This document shows positions 9,946 through 20,073 of a DNA stretch of 64,000 nt, one piece after another (the first letter of the stretch is position 1; every line of letters starts with the position of its first letter). A program made the translations under genes and the position numbers. Below the pieces are notes generated by a model. The model was not told where the DNA came from and did not search any database. It saw nothing but the letters and a program-made list of their open reading frames with translations. This DNA is from Fibrobacter succinogenes (lineage in GTDB: Bacteria; Fibrobacterota; Fibrobacteria; Fibrobacterales; Fibrobacteraceae): NCBI GenBank assembly GCA_902762305.1, contig CACWNW010000031.1:19047-83046 (forward strand), given 5' to 3'.

Positions 9946-10060
9946 TGCGTTGTAGTATTTTACAAAATTTGAAATTCGAAAATCGCGAAAATGCCTTTGT
10001 AATCTAGGCCTTTTACATTTTTGACCATATTTTCAATAATTGGCGGGTGTTTTACATGTT

Positions 10061-10076
10061 TGGCACGATTTTTGCA
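10061..10076 (+). promoter_or_regulatory. Sigma54 (-24/-12) promoter of gltBD
   Basis: TGGCACGATTTTTGCA is an exact match to TGGCAC-N5-TTGCA, about 35 nt upstream of the gltB ATG at 10111. Confidence 0.7.
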
Positions 10077-10110
10077 AATAAAGAGCGCAAAAAGCAAGAA
10101 AAGGACTTTT

Positions 10111-13100
10111 ATGAACGCTCAAGCTCTTTACGATCCGATGAACGAACACGACGCCTGTGGTGTCGGCCTGGTCGCTAATATTAATAATGTTGCCTCGCAC
10201 CAGATTGTGCTGCAGGGCATTACTGTTTTGAAAAGGCTCATGCACCGCGGTGCAGCAGGTGGAGACCCGGAAACCGGCGACGGTGCGGGTCTTTTGCTTT
10301 CTATGCCGCACAAGTTCTTCCGCAAGGTGAACGCGAACCTGCCGGAACGTTATGGCGTGGCGATGTTCTTTGTGGACAATACGCTCGAGGCTACCGCCTT
10401 TGACGCGAAGATTAAGGAGATTGCCGCTGCCGAGGGCATGCCGGTGCTGAACTTCCGCGAGGTTCCGGTGAATGCCGACAAGATTGGTCGCACGGCCCGT
10501 GAGACATTGCCGCATATCCGCCAGGCGTTCTTCGATGGTTCCGCTTTCGAATCCGACAGCGCGTTCGACATCAAGCTCTATGTGGCCCGCCGCCTGATGG
10601 AAAAGGCTTGCAAGGGCCTCTACATCTGCAGCTGCAGCCGCCGTAGCATTGTATATAAGGGCCTGCTTCTGGCAAGCCAGATCGAGGGCTTCTACAAGGA
10701 TCTGAACGATCTCGATTTCGAAAGCCCGATTGCGCTTGTTCACCAGCGCTACTCCACGAACACTTTCCCGACTTGGCCGCTCGCGCATCCGTTCCGCTAC
10801 CTCGCTCATAACGGCGAAATCAATACGCTGCGCGGTAACCTCAACAGCCTGCGTGCACGCGAGCCGCACCTGAAGAGCGATATTATCGGCGATGACCTGC
10901 AGAAGCTTCTCCCGCTTGTTCCGGCGGGCCAGAGCGACTCGGCTAGCCTTGACAACATGTTTGAGCTCCTCGTCGCAGCGGGTCGTAGCCTCCCGCATGC
11001 GATGATGATGCTCATGCCTCAGGCCTGGGGCAAGAAGCATTACTTGGGCCGCGACGTGCGCGGGTTCTTTGAATACGAATCCATGCTCATGGAACCGTGG
11101 GATGGCCCTGCCGCCGTTGCTTTCTCTGACGGTGTGAATGCTGGTGCAATTCTCGACCGCAACGGTCTTCGTCCGGCACGTTACACTTTATGTAAAGACG
11201 GTCTCTTCGTGATGGCGTCCGAGACGGGCGTACTCGACCTCCGCGACGACGAAGTTGAAGAAAAGGGCCGCCTGAAACCCGGTGAGATTATCTACCTCGA
11301 CCTTGAAAACCACCGTATCTTGAAGAATGCGGAGATGAAGGCTCAGGTGGCGAGAGCCAAGCCTTACCGCCGCTGGGTTGCCGAAAACAAGATGAGCGTC
11401 CGTGGGCTCTTCAGCGAAATCAACCCGTCCGATGTTCCCGAAGATATCCTGGTGCAGCAGAAGCGCTTTGGTTATTCTGCCGAAGACCTCTCCATCATCT
11501 TGCAGCCGATGGCCAAGAACGGTGCCGAACCGATTGGCTCCATGGGTAACGATGCCGCGCTTGCCGTACTTTCGGACAAGCCGCAGCCGCTGTTCAACTA
11601 CTTCAAGCAGTTGTTCGCTCAGGTGACGAACCCGCCGATTGACCCGATTCGCGAAGAGCTGGTGATGAGTCTTACGACCTACATTGGGAACCACGGCAAC
11701 ATCCTGGAAGAGACTCCGGAGCAGGCACACCTCATCAAGATTCCGCGCCCGATTGTGACCGAAGATGAAATCCGCCGCTTTGAAAATATTGGCGATAAGG
11801 CTTTCAAGGCGAAAGTGCTCAAGATGCAGTTCCCGCTCGGCGGAAACGGCGAAGTGCTGGAAGCTGCCTTGCAGAACCTCGCCGGCGATGCCGTGCGTGC
11901 GGTGAACGACAATTACGATATCATCGTGCTTTCGGACAAGAACATTGATTGGGGCTACGTGCCTATGCCTTCGCTCCTTGCGACGGCTTGCGTGAACCGC
12001 GCCCTGGTGGAAGCGGGCGTGCGCCCTGAAATCGGTTTGATTGTTCAGTCCGGTGAAGTTCGCGAAGTGATGCACTTTGCTCTGCTGCTCGGTTACGGAG
12101 CGACGGTCATCAACCCGTATCTTGCGTTTGAGAGCATTACCAACATGTGCCACAACGGCGACCTGGATGTGGATCCGGTGACGGCTGCCGCGAACTACGT
12201 GAAGGCGGTGGACAAGGGCCTCTTGAAGATTATGAGCAAGATGGGTATTTCCACGCTCCGCAGCTACCGCAGTGCACAGATTTTCGAAGCCGTGGGCCTG
12301 AACCACGAACTCATTGAGAAGTTCCTGCCGGGTACGGCAAGCCGTATCGAAGGTATCGGCCTCGAAGAGATTGCCCGCGAAGTGGGCGAGCGCCAGAAGA
12401 TTGCATTTGCCGATGCAAGCAAGGTGCTTCAGTCGGGCGGCCAGTATGCATTCCGCAAGGAAGGCGAAAAGCACTTGTGGACTCCGCAGTCGCTTGCCGC
12501 GTTCCGCCAGGCGGTGCAGGGTGGCGACTACGAGAAGTTCAAGGTCTACAGCAAGCTCATCAACGACCAGTCTGAACGTCAGGCGACTTTGCGTGGTCTT
12601 TTCAAGTTCAAGAAAGCGACTCCGATTGACATTAGCGAAGTCGAATCTCGCGAATCGATTATCCATCACTTTGTGGCGGGCGCGATGAGCCTTGGCTCCT
12701 TGAGCCCCGAGGCCCACGAGACCATTGCCATTGCCATGAACCGCATCGGTGCCATGAGCAACTGCGGTGAAGGTGGTGAAGACCCTGACCGCGATACTCC
12801 GGCCTCCAACGGCGATATCCGCAGTTCTGCGATTCGCCAGGTTGCCTCGGGCCGCTTTGGCGTGACCATCGATTACCTGCGCCATGCGAAGGATTTGCAA
12901 ATCAAGATGGCCCAGGGCGCAAAGCCCGGTGAAGGTGGCCAGTTGCCGGCTCACAAGGTGAACGAGTTCGTGGCACGTATCCGTCACTCCATCCCGAATG
13001 TGTCGCTGATTTCTCCGCCGCCGCACCATGATATTTACTCCATCGAAGACTTGGCGCAGTTGATTTACGACCTGCGCAACGCCAACCCGAAGGCCCGTGT

Positions 13101-14535
13101 TTCCGTGAAGCTCGTGTCCGAAGTGGGTGTGGGTACGATTGCCGCGGGTGTCGCGAAGGCCCATGCCGACGTGGTGCTGATTTCCGGTCACGATGGCGGT
13201 ACGGGTGCATCTCCGCTTACCTCCATCAAGCATGCCGGCCTCCCGTGGGAACTCGGTATTGCCGAAGCGGAACAGACGCTCGTGCTCAACGACTTGCGTG
13301 GCCGCATCAAATTGCAGGTCGATGGCCAGCTCAAGACGGGCCGCGACGTTGTGGTGGCCGCCCTCCTCGGTGCCGAAGAATTCGGCTTTGCAACGAACCT
13401 TCTCGTAAGCCTTGGCTGCGTGATGGACCGCAAGTGCCATACGAACAAGTGCCCGATGGGTATCGCTACGCAGGATCCGGACTACCGCAAGCGCTTTGCG
13501 GGCAAGCCCGAATACGTGGAAAACTTCCTGTTCTTCATCGCCGACGAAGTCCGCGAAATTCTCGCAAGCCTTGGCCTCAGGAGCCTCTCCGAAGCCTGCG
13601 GCCGCAGCGACCTCCTGGAACGCGACGAGGCGATTGCCTTCTACAAGGCTCACAACCTCGACTTCTCCAAGATTTTTGAGACCGTCAATGGCGGCATCAA
13701 GTCCTTCGACAAGAACTTTGTGAAGGAACCGCTTGAAAACTTCGACCGTCGTGAACTCCTGCCGTTCGTGGCCGACACGCTCAAGAGCGGCAAGGCCGTA
13801 GAACTCTGCACGGTGGTGCACAACGTCGACCGTACGGTGGGTACGGAACTTTCCGGCGAGGTGGACGAACACTTCGGCGTGAAGGGCCTCCCCGAAGATA
13901 CCATCAAGATTCACCTTCAGGGTGTTGCGGGTCAGAGCTTCGGTGCATTCCTCGCTCCGGGTATTACGCTCGACCTCGAAGGCGAAGCGAACGACTTTAT
14001 GGGCAAGGGCCTCTCGGGCGGTAAGATTATCGTGCGCCCGCCTAGCAATGCAAGCTTCAAGGCCGAAGACAACGTGATTGCAGGTAACGTCATCGGTTAC
14101 GGTGGAACTTCGGGCAAGATCTTTATCAACGGTCTTGCTGGTGAACGCTTCGGTATCCGTAACTCGGGTATGCTCCTGGTGAGTGAAGGCGTGGGCGACC
14201 ACGGCTGTGAATACATGACGGGCGGTCGCGTTGTAGTGCTTGGCCGCGTGGGCGTGAACTTCGCCGCAGGTATGACGGGAGGCTTTGCCTACGTGTACGA
14301 CGAAACGGGTCACTTTGACCTGAGCTGCAACGTGGATTCTGCCGACCTTGAAAGCGTGCTCCCCGGTACCGAGAGCGAAAGCGAATTGCTCGACATCATC
14401 AACCAGCACGTTCAGGCGACGGGTAGCGAGAAGGGCAAACGCATTCTCGAGAACTGGAATAGCGAACGTCCGAAGTTCGTGAAGATATTCCCGGTGGATT
14501 ATAGGAACGCTCTTTTGAAGGCCCAAAAGGCATAG
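10111..14535 (+). CDS. gltB: Glutamate synthase large subunit
   Basis: Start set at ATG 10111 (MNAQALYDPMNEHDACGVGLVANI, Ntn-amidotransferase Cys). The FMN/Fe-S central domain and C-terminal GXGXG beta-helix domain are recognisable. About 1474 aa. Confidence 0.95.
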   Translation: MNAQALYDPMNEHDACGVGLVANINNVASHQIVLQGITVLKRLMHRGAAGGDPETGDGAGLLLSMPHKFFRKVNANLPERYGVAMFFVDNTLEATAFDAKIKEIAAAEGMPVLNFREVPVNADKIGRTARETLPHIRQAFFDGSAFESDSAFDIKLYVARRLMEKACKGLYICSCSRRSIVYKGLLLASQIEGFYKDLNDLDFESPIALVHQRYSTNTFPTWPLAHPFRYLAHNGEINTLRGNLNSLRAREPHLKSDIIGDDLQKLLPLVPAGQSDSASLDNMFELLVAAGRSLPHAMMMLMPQAWGKKHYLGRDVRGFFEYESMLMEPWDGPAAVAFSDGVNAGAILDRNGLRPARYTLCKDGLFVMASETGVLDLRDDEVEEKGRLKPGEIIYLDLENHRILKNAEMKAQVARAKPYRRWVAENKMSVRGLFSEINPSDVPEDILVQQKRFGYSAEDLSIILQPMAKNGAEPIGSMGNDAALAVLSDKPQPLFNYFKQLFAQVTNPPIDPIREELVMSLTTYIGNHGNILEETPEQAHLIKIPRPIVTEDEIRRFENIGDKAFKAKVLKMQFPLGGNGEVLEAALQNLAGDAVRAVNDNYDIIVLSDKNIDWGYVPMPSLLATACVNRALVEAGVRPEIGLIVQSGEVREVMHFALLLGYGATVINPYLAFESITNMCHNGDLDVDPVTAAANYVKAVDKGLLKIMSKMGISTLRSYRSAQIFEAVGLNHELIEKFLPGTASRIEGIGLEEIAREVGERQKIAFADASKVLQSGGQYAFRKEGEKHLWTPQSLAAFRQAVQGGDYEKFKVYSKLINDQSERQATLRGLFKFKKATPIDISEVESRESIIHHFVAGAMSLGSLSPEAHETIAIAMNRIGAMSNCGEGGEDPDRDTPASNGDIRSSAIRQVASGRFGVTIDYLRHAKDLQIKMAQGAKPGEGGQLPAHKVNEFVARIRHSIPNVSLISPPPHHDIYSIEDLAQLIYDLRNANPKARVSVKLVSEVGVGTIAAGVAKAHADVVLISGHDGGTGASPLTSIKHAGLPWELGIAEAEQTLVLNDLRGRIKLQVDGQLKTGRDVVVAALLGAEEFGFATNLLVSLGCVMDRKCHTNKCPMGIATQDPDYRKRFAGKPEYVENFLFFIADEVREILASLGLRSLSEACGRSDLLERDEAIAFYKAHNLDFSKIFETVNGGIKSFDKNFVKEPLENFDRRELLPFVADTLKSGKAVELCTVVHNVDRTVGTELSGEVDEHFGVKGLPEDTIKIHLQGVAGQSFGAFLAPGITLDLEGEANDFMGKGLSGGKIIVRPPSNASFKAEDNVIAGNVIGYGGTSGKIFINGLAGERFGIRNSGMLLVSEGVGDHGCEYMTGGRVVVLGRVGVNFAAGMTGGFAYVYDETGHFDLSCNVDSADLESVLPGTESESELLDIINQHVQATGSEKGKRILENWNSERPKFVKIFPVDYRNALLKAQKA

Positions 14536-14550
14536 GGATTTGAGGTTAAT

Positions 14551-15915
14551 ATGCAGGAAATCAACCGAATCGCAGACATCTACCGCCCTGTCGAAGAGCG
14601 TGTCAAGGACAATAACGAAGTCGAACGCAAGCTCACTTCGATAGAGGTCATCAATCAGGCGAGCCGCTGCCACACATGCGGAATCCCGTTCTGCCATGGT
14701 GCGGGTTGCCCCCTCGGTAACCTCGTCCCCGAATTCAATGCGGCTGTTGCCGTAGGGAATGCGGAACGCGCTTACGATATCATCAGCAAGACGGCGTTCT
14801 TCCCGGAGTTTACGGGCCGCGTTTGTCCCGCGCTTTGCGAGTCCGCCTGTACCGGCAACGTGCATAACGACCCGGTGATGGTGCGCCAGATCGAAAAGTT
14901 CATCATCGAGACCGCCTTCGAGGAAGGTCGCGTGGTGTTGCCGACGGCTGAACCCAACGGCAAGTCTGCCGCTGTCATCGGTTCTGGTCCTTCGGGCCTG
15001 TTCGCAGCCGAGGCATTGCGCCGCAAGGGCTATGCCGTCACGGTCTTCGAAAAGCAACCGAAGGCGGGTGGCCTGCTGCGCTACGGTATCCCGAACTGGA
15101 AACTTGACAAGTCCATTATCGACCGCCGCATCGCTTTGCTCGAAGCCGCCGGAATCAAGTTCGTCTACAATACCGAAATCGGCAAGGACATTGCCGCGGA
15201 ATACGTCCACAAGAATTATGACGAGGTGTTCCTCGCTATCGGTACGCCGAACGCCCGCGACTTGAAAATCCCGGGTCGCGAAGCCGAAGGAATCTTCCTC
15301 GCTCTCGACTTCTTGCACGGTGCCGAAAAGCCGGGCGAAACCAATCCCGAAAAGTTCAGCGCGAAGGGCCGTAAGGTTCTGGTGATTGGCGGTGGCGATA
15401 CGGGTAACGACTGCGTGGGCAAGGCCATCCGTGAAGGCTGCGAAAGCGTACTCCAGGTGGAATTCATGCCCAAGCCTCCCGAGGAACGTTCCCCGTCTAC
15501 ACCGTGGCCCGATTGGCCGTACATGCTGCGTACCAGCTATGCCCAGCACGAAGGCGGCGAGCGCCGTTGGAATGTTTCTTCCAAGCAGTTCATCGTGAAG
15601 GACGGCCGCGTGGCCGGCGTGGAAGCGGTTCGCGTGGAATGGGAAATGTCCCCGCAGGGTCGCCCGCTCAAGCCGAACGAAGTCCCGAATTCTACCGAAG
15701 TCATCGATACCGACTTGGTGGTGCTCGCCATGGGATTCACCGGCGTGCCTGCCGAAGGCATCGTGAACGACTTGGGCCTGCAACTCACTCCGCGTACGGC
15801 GATTATTGCAGATTCTGCCCGACACATCCATGCGGTGGGCGACTGTGCGAATGGCGCTTCCCTCGTGGTGCGTGCCATGGCCGACGCGAAGGCGAAAGTC
15901 GCGGCACTCAAGTAA
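14551..15915 (+). CDS. gltD: Glutamate synthase small subunit (NADPH)
   Basis: Cys clusters (CHTCGIPFCH; CPALCESAC) and two Rossmann motifs (AVIGSGPSGL; VLVIGGGDTGNDC). Confidence 0.9.
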   Translation: MQEINRIADIYRPVEERVKDNNEVERKLTSIEVINQASRCHTCGIPFCHGAGCPLGNLVPEFNAAVAVGNAERAYDIISKTAFFPEFTGRVCPALCESACTGNVHNDPVMVRQIEKFIIETAFEEGRVVLPTAEPNGKSAAVIGSGPSGLFAAEALRRKGYAVTVFEKQPKAGGLLRYGIPNWKLDKSIIDRRIALLEAAGIKFVYNTEIGKDIAAEYVHKNYDEVFLAIGTPNARDLKIPGREAEGIFLALDFLHGAEKPGETNPEKFSAKGRKVLVIGGGDTGNDCVGKAIREGCESVLQVEFMPKPPEERSPSTPWPDWPYMLRTSYAQHEGGERRWNVSSKQFIVKDGRVAGVEAVRVEWEMSPQGRPLKPNEVPNSTEVIDTDLVVLAMGFTGVPAEGIVNDLGLQLTPRTAIIADSARHIHAVGDCANGASLVVRAMADAKAKVAALK

Positions 15916-15980
15916 TGGTTTACAGCTTGTCGTGATATAAACTGCAATCAATTATTGTAATATAAACTGCGCGCGGAATT

Positions 15981-17994
15981 ATGTTCGGATTTTACCGTTT
16001 CGCATGCGTTTCTCCGGTGTTGAAGGTGGCCGATACCGCCTACAATACCGAGGAAATTATCAGAAGCGTGAAAATTGCTGCCTCTAACGGGGCGGCTTTT
16101 GTTGTTTTCCCGGAACTTTGCATTACGGGTTATACCTGCAGCGATTTGTTCCACCAAGAACTGCTTTTGCAGAACAGCACCCGCAGTTTGCTGAAAATTG
16201 CGGAAGCCTTGAAAGATAGCGACGCCGTGATTGCGGTTGGCCTGCCTTTGCGTATATTTGGTCGACTGTATAACTGCGCCGCCTTCGTGCAGCGCGGCAA
16301 GGTAATTGCGGTGACGCCCAAGATACACTTGCCGAACCAGCGTGAATTCTACGAGAAACGGCATTTTTCTAGCGGGCGCGATTTGTTGCGCGGTGATGCA
16401 GGCAATGGCTGCGCTCCTCTCCGTTGTTTTATCGAAGGTGCGGGCGAAGTACCTATCACGAATTTTATTACTGTGAAGGGCTGCGCATCTTGTAATTCGG
16501 GTTCCGAGGTTCGCATCGGCGTGGAACTTTGCGAAGACTTGTGGACACCGGCGCCACCCAGCGGGGAACTTGCTCTTGCGGGCGCGAACGTCATCGTGAA
16601 TCTCTCCGCGAGCGATGCGCTGGTAGGCAAGCGCGATTACCGCAGAAACTTGGTGATGAACCAGTCGGCGCGTTGCATGGCGGCCTACGTGTACGCCTCT
16701 GCCGGAGTGCACGAATCTACGACGGACATGGTCTTCAGTGGTCATTTGATGATTGCGGAAAACGGGAGCATGCTTGCCGAAAGCAAGCCGTTCTCGCGCG
16801 AAACCGAAATTGTCTATGCCGACGTGGATGTGGAACGGTTGAATATGCAGCGCCTGAGCGAAGGTTCGTTCCAGGATTTTGATAGCCGTGCCATCATCGC
16901 GCGGGCGGCAACACTTGATGGCCTGCGTGCTTGCGATACGCTCCAGTACCGCTTTGTTTCGCCTACGCCTTTTGTGCCGGGAAACACCGAAACCCGTGAT
17001 ATAAATTGCACCGAAATTTTCAACATTCAATGTGCAGGGCTTGCTAAGCGCCTTGAGGCGACACGCAGCAAGCGTGCGGTGATTGGCCTGAGCGGCGGGC
17101 TCGATTCTACGCTCGCGCTTCTTGTAGTTGCGGAAACGTTCAAGCTGTTGAACCGCCCGGCAAAAGAAATTCTCGCGCTCACGATGCCCGGATTCGGCAC
17201 TACAAAGCGTACCAAGAACAATGCGGTTGAACTTGCGAAACTCCTGGACCGTCGATATCCAGAAGGCATGCCTCCAGCATTTCGCTGACATCGGGCACGA
17301 CCCGCAGAAACTCGACGTGACTTACGAGAACGTGCAGGCCCGCGAGCGTACGCAGATTTTGATGGACATCGCGAACAGCGAAGGCGGAATCGTTATCGGT
17401 ACGGGCGACCTCTCCGAAATCGCGCTGGGCTGGAGTACCTACAACGCCGATCACATGTCCATGTATGCGGTGAACTGCGATATCCCCAAGACCCTCGTGC
17501 GGCATATCGTAAGCTGGTATGCCGACAGGTCCGGCGCGGAATCCATCCCGAATCAAAATGGCGCGCATCTAGATGCCGGCGAAAAAGCGAATTTGGCATC
17601 CGGCGAAAAAGGCGAGGCCCTCGCCGCCGTTCTCCGAGATATCCTCGACACGCCTGTCTCTCCGGAACTTTTACCCGCCGATTCAAGCGGCCAGATTGCG
17701 CAAAAGACGGAGAGCATTCTCGGTGCATACGAGATTCACGACTTCTTCCTGTATCATTTCGCGAAATACGGCGCCACTCCCGAAAAACTCCGCTACCTCG
17801 CAAAATACGCCTTCAATGGCCAGCATACCGACGAAGAAATCGACAAGGCGCTCGCCGTCTTTATCAGGCGTTTCTTTACGCAGCAATTTAAGCGCAGCTG
17901 CATTCCCGACGGCCCCAAAGTCGGTACCATCTCGCTGTCGCCCCGCGCCGACTGGCGCATGCCCAGCGACGCCTCTGCATCTGACTGGTTCTAG
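15981..17994 (+). pseudogene. nadE: Glutamine-dependent NAD+ synthetase interrupted by a +1 frameshift near 17247
   Basis: ORF 15981-17288 carries the CN-hydrolase domain plus the start of the synthetase domain (VIGLSGGLDSTLALLV...[10 protein letters not shown]). The protein continues in the next frame (ORF 17221-17994: [16 protein letters not shown]...[18 protein letters not shown]...[16 protein letters not shown]). Confidence 0.75.
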
Positions 17995-18131
17995 CTCGAC
18001 AATTCACGATTAAAATTCTCTCAATCGAATCGCCATGAACAATGGCGATAAAAAAATGCATAGAAAACCCCGAGACTTTTGTCTCGGGGCTTCTATCATG
18101 GAGTGAGGGAGGATGTGTTAGGGACAAACCA

Positions 18132-19352
18132 TTACATGTTGCTGAAGATTTGGAACCCGCTGTAGGATTCTTGTCCGTGTTCGCTTTGGTCGAGGCCGCG
18201 GAGTTCTTGACGTTCCGTGACGCGCAGGCCCATGGTCTTCTTGATGACGAAGAATATCAGGCTAGCGGCACCGAAGCAGGGGAGAGCGTAGGCGGCGACA
18301 CCGATGAGCTGAGTGAGCACGCTGTAATCGCCCGTCATATCGAAGATACCCACGGCAATCGTGCCCCACACGCCGTTCACCAGGTGAACCGAGAGAGCAC
18401 CGACCGGGTCGTCCAAGTGCAGGCGGTCGAACATGAACACCGCACCGACTACGAGCACGCCAGCGATGGCACCGATAATCCAGGAGGAAAGCGGAGTCAC
18501 CACGTCGGCACCGGCTGTGATTGCCACGAGACCGGCAAGGCATCCGTTGAGGGCCATGGTGGCGTCGGGCTTCTTCGAAACAATCCAGCTCGTGAGAGTT
18601 GCAGTAATGATACCGGCAACCGCTGCGAGGTTCGTGGTCACAAGAATCCAGCTAGTAGCCTTCGGGTCGCCAGAGAGTGCGGAACCGGCGTTGAATCCCC
18701 ACCAGCCGAACCACAGCATGAACACACCGACAGTAGCGAGCGGAATGTTGTGTGCCGGGATGGCGTGAACCTTGCCGTTCACGTACTTGCCGATACGCGG
18801 TCCGAGAATCATCACGCCAGCGAGAGCTGCCCAGCCGCCCACGGAGTGCACGAGGGTAGAACCGGCGAGGTCATGGAAGCCAGCCTTGCCAATGGTGGAG
18901 AGCCAGCCGCCGCCCCATGTCCAGCTGCCCACAATCGGGTAGACAAGAGCCACATAGATAAGCGTGAACACGAGGAAGGAATTGAGCTTCACGCGTTCGG
19001 CCACGGCTCCGGACACGATTGTCGCGGCAGTGGCGGCGAACATGGCCTGGAAAAGCCAGTCGGCGAACAGCGTAAAGTGGCCGTTATAGGCCGCTGTGAA
19101 CTTGGAGGGGTCAGCCCAATCACCGATACCGAAACCGGCGAATCCGAGAATTCCGTTGAAGGTACCCGGATACATGAGGCCGAAGCCGAGCAGGGCGTAC
19201 ATCGTGATACCGATGGCGGGAACCGCGATGTTCTTGAAGGCGACGTTTGCTGCACACTTGGCGCGAACGAGGCCCGCTTCAACGCAGGCAAAGCCCAGGC
19301 CCATGATAAACACCAGCATGGCGCTGATCATGATCCAAATGTTTTCTGTCAT
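18132..19352 (-). CDS. amtB: Ammonium transporter (Amt family)
   Basis: Start set at ATG 19352 (MTENIWIMISAMLVFIMGLGFACVEAGLVRAK). Typical Amt motifs are present (DLAGSTLVHSVGGWAALAG; FMLWFGWWGFNAGS). The plus-strand ORF 18042-19550 is a shadow. Confidence 0.9.
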   Translation of the reverse strand: MTENIWIMISAMLVFIMGLGFACVEAGLVRAKCAANVAFKNIAVPAIGITMYALLGFGLMYPGTFNGILGFAGFGIGDWADPSKFTAAYNGHFTLFADWLFQAMFAATAATIVSGAVAERVKLNSFLVFTLIYVALVYPIVGSWTWGGGWLSTIGKAGFHDLAGSTLVHSVGGWAALAGVMILGPRIGKYVNGKVHAIPAHNIPLATVGVFMLWFGWWGFNAGSALSGDPKATSWILVTTNLAAVAGIITATLTSWIVSKKPDATMALNGCLAGLVAITAGADVVTPLSSWIIGAIAGVLVVGAVFMFDRLHLDDPVGALSVHLVNGVWGTIAVGIFDMTGDYSVLTQLIGVAAYALPCFGAASLIFFVIKKTMGLRVTERQELRGLDQSEHGQESYSGFQIFSNM

Positions 19353-19381
19353 AAAGATGGCGTCGCTGACAGGTACGACAG

Positions 19382-19678
19382 TTACTGTTCCAGGCTGGTG
19401 ACGAAAATCTTTCCGTCGCCGATTTCGCCTGTGCGAGCGCCCGCGATAATCGCATCGATACAGGGCTGCACAAAGTCGTCGTTTACCGCGATCTTCAAGC
19501 AAATTTTCTTAAGCAGGTTGACTTCGGTAACGACACCACGGAAACGTTGATTGTACCCCTTCTGCTGGCCGCAGCCGAGTACGTTCGTGACAGACATCTT
19601 GAATATGTTTTTTTCGTAAAGGGCTTGCTTTACGAGATTTAACCGTTCTGGTTGTATGTATGCCGTGACAAGCTTCAT
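19382..19678 (-). CDS. glnK: PII-like nitrogen regulatory protein upstream of amt
   Basis: Start at ATG 19678 ([23 protein letters not shown]...GCGQQKGY...[21 protein letters not shown]). 98 aa with a somewhat shortened T-loop. It ends 29 nt before the amt start. Confidence 0.8.
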   Translation of the reverse strand: MKLVTAYIQPERLNLVKQALYEKNIFKMSVTNVLGCGQQKGYNQRFRGVVTEVNLLKKICLKIAVNDDFVQPCIDAIIAGARTGEIGDGKIFVTSLEQ

Positions 19679-19728
19679 TTTTGATTCCTTTTTAGAAGTC
19701 CAATGGATTATGGATTCGTTCGCCTTTA

Positions 19729-19744
19729 TGCAAAAGCCGTGCCA
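19729..19744 (-). promoter_or_regulatory. Sigma54 (-24/-12) promoter of glnK-amt
   Basis: The minus strand reads TGGCACGGCTTTTGCA, an exact TGGCAC-N5-TTGCA, about 50 nt upstream of the glnK ATG. Confidence 0.7.
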
Positions 19745-20073
19745 AAAAATTGCAAAATGTCGAAAATGACGAAATTTGGCCATTTTTGCGCGTGAAAATG
19801 AAATATTTTTGGCCTTTCGGAGAAAATGGGGTGGTTGGCGGACCAAGTTTTTACACTTTTTACTTTTCGAAAAACGGAAAAGATTCATAAAATGTAAAAC
19901 ATGGTTAATTTGTATATAATCTGCTTTTTTTACCCCATAAATTTTTGTTTTTTTTGCATTGTTGAACGAGAATTTCGTTGCTATATTTTTCCGCGTTCCG
20001 CTTCCCTGCTTGCATCCGTACGGATGGGCTATGACCTTCGAGGTAGGGGAGGCTTAAAATTCAAAGAGGCGAT

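Noticed and set aside
11188-15951. 1587-aa minus-strand ORF spanning gltB and gltD
   Set aside because: It is antisense to two genes with unmistakable glutamate synthase motifs. Its translation is Arg/Ala/His-rich low-information sequence, typical of a shadow ORF in GC-rich DNA.
18042-19550. 502-aa plus-strand ORF opposite amt
   Set aside because: Shadow ORF. The minus strand carries canonical Amt motifs.
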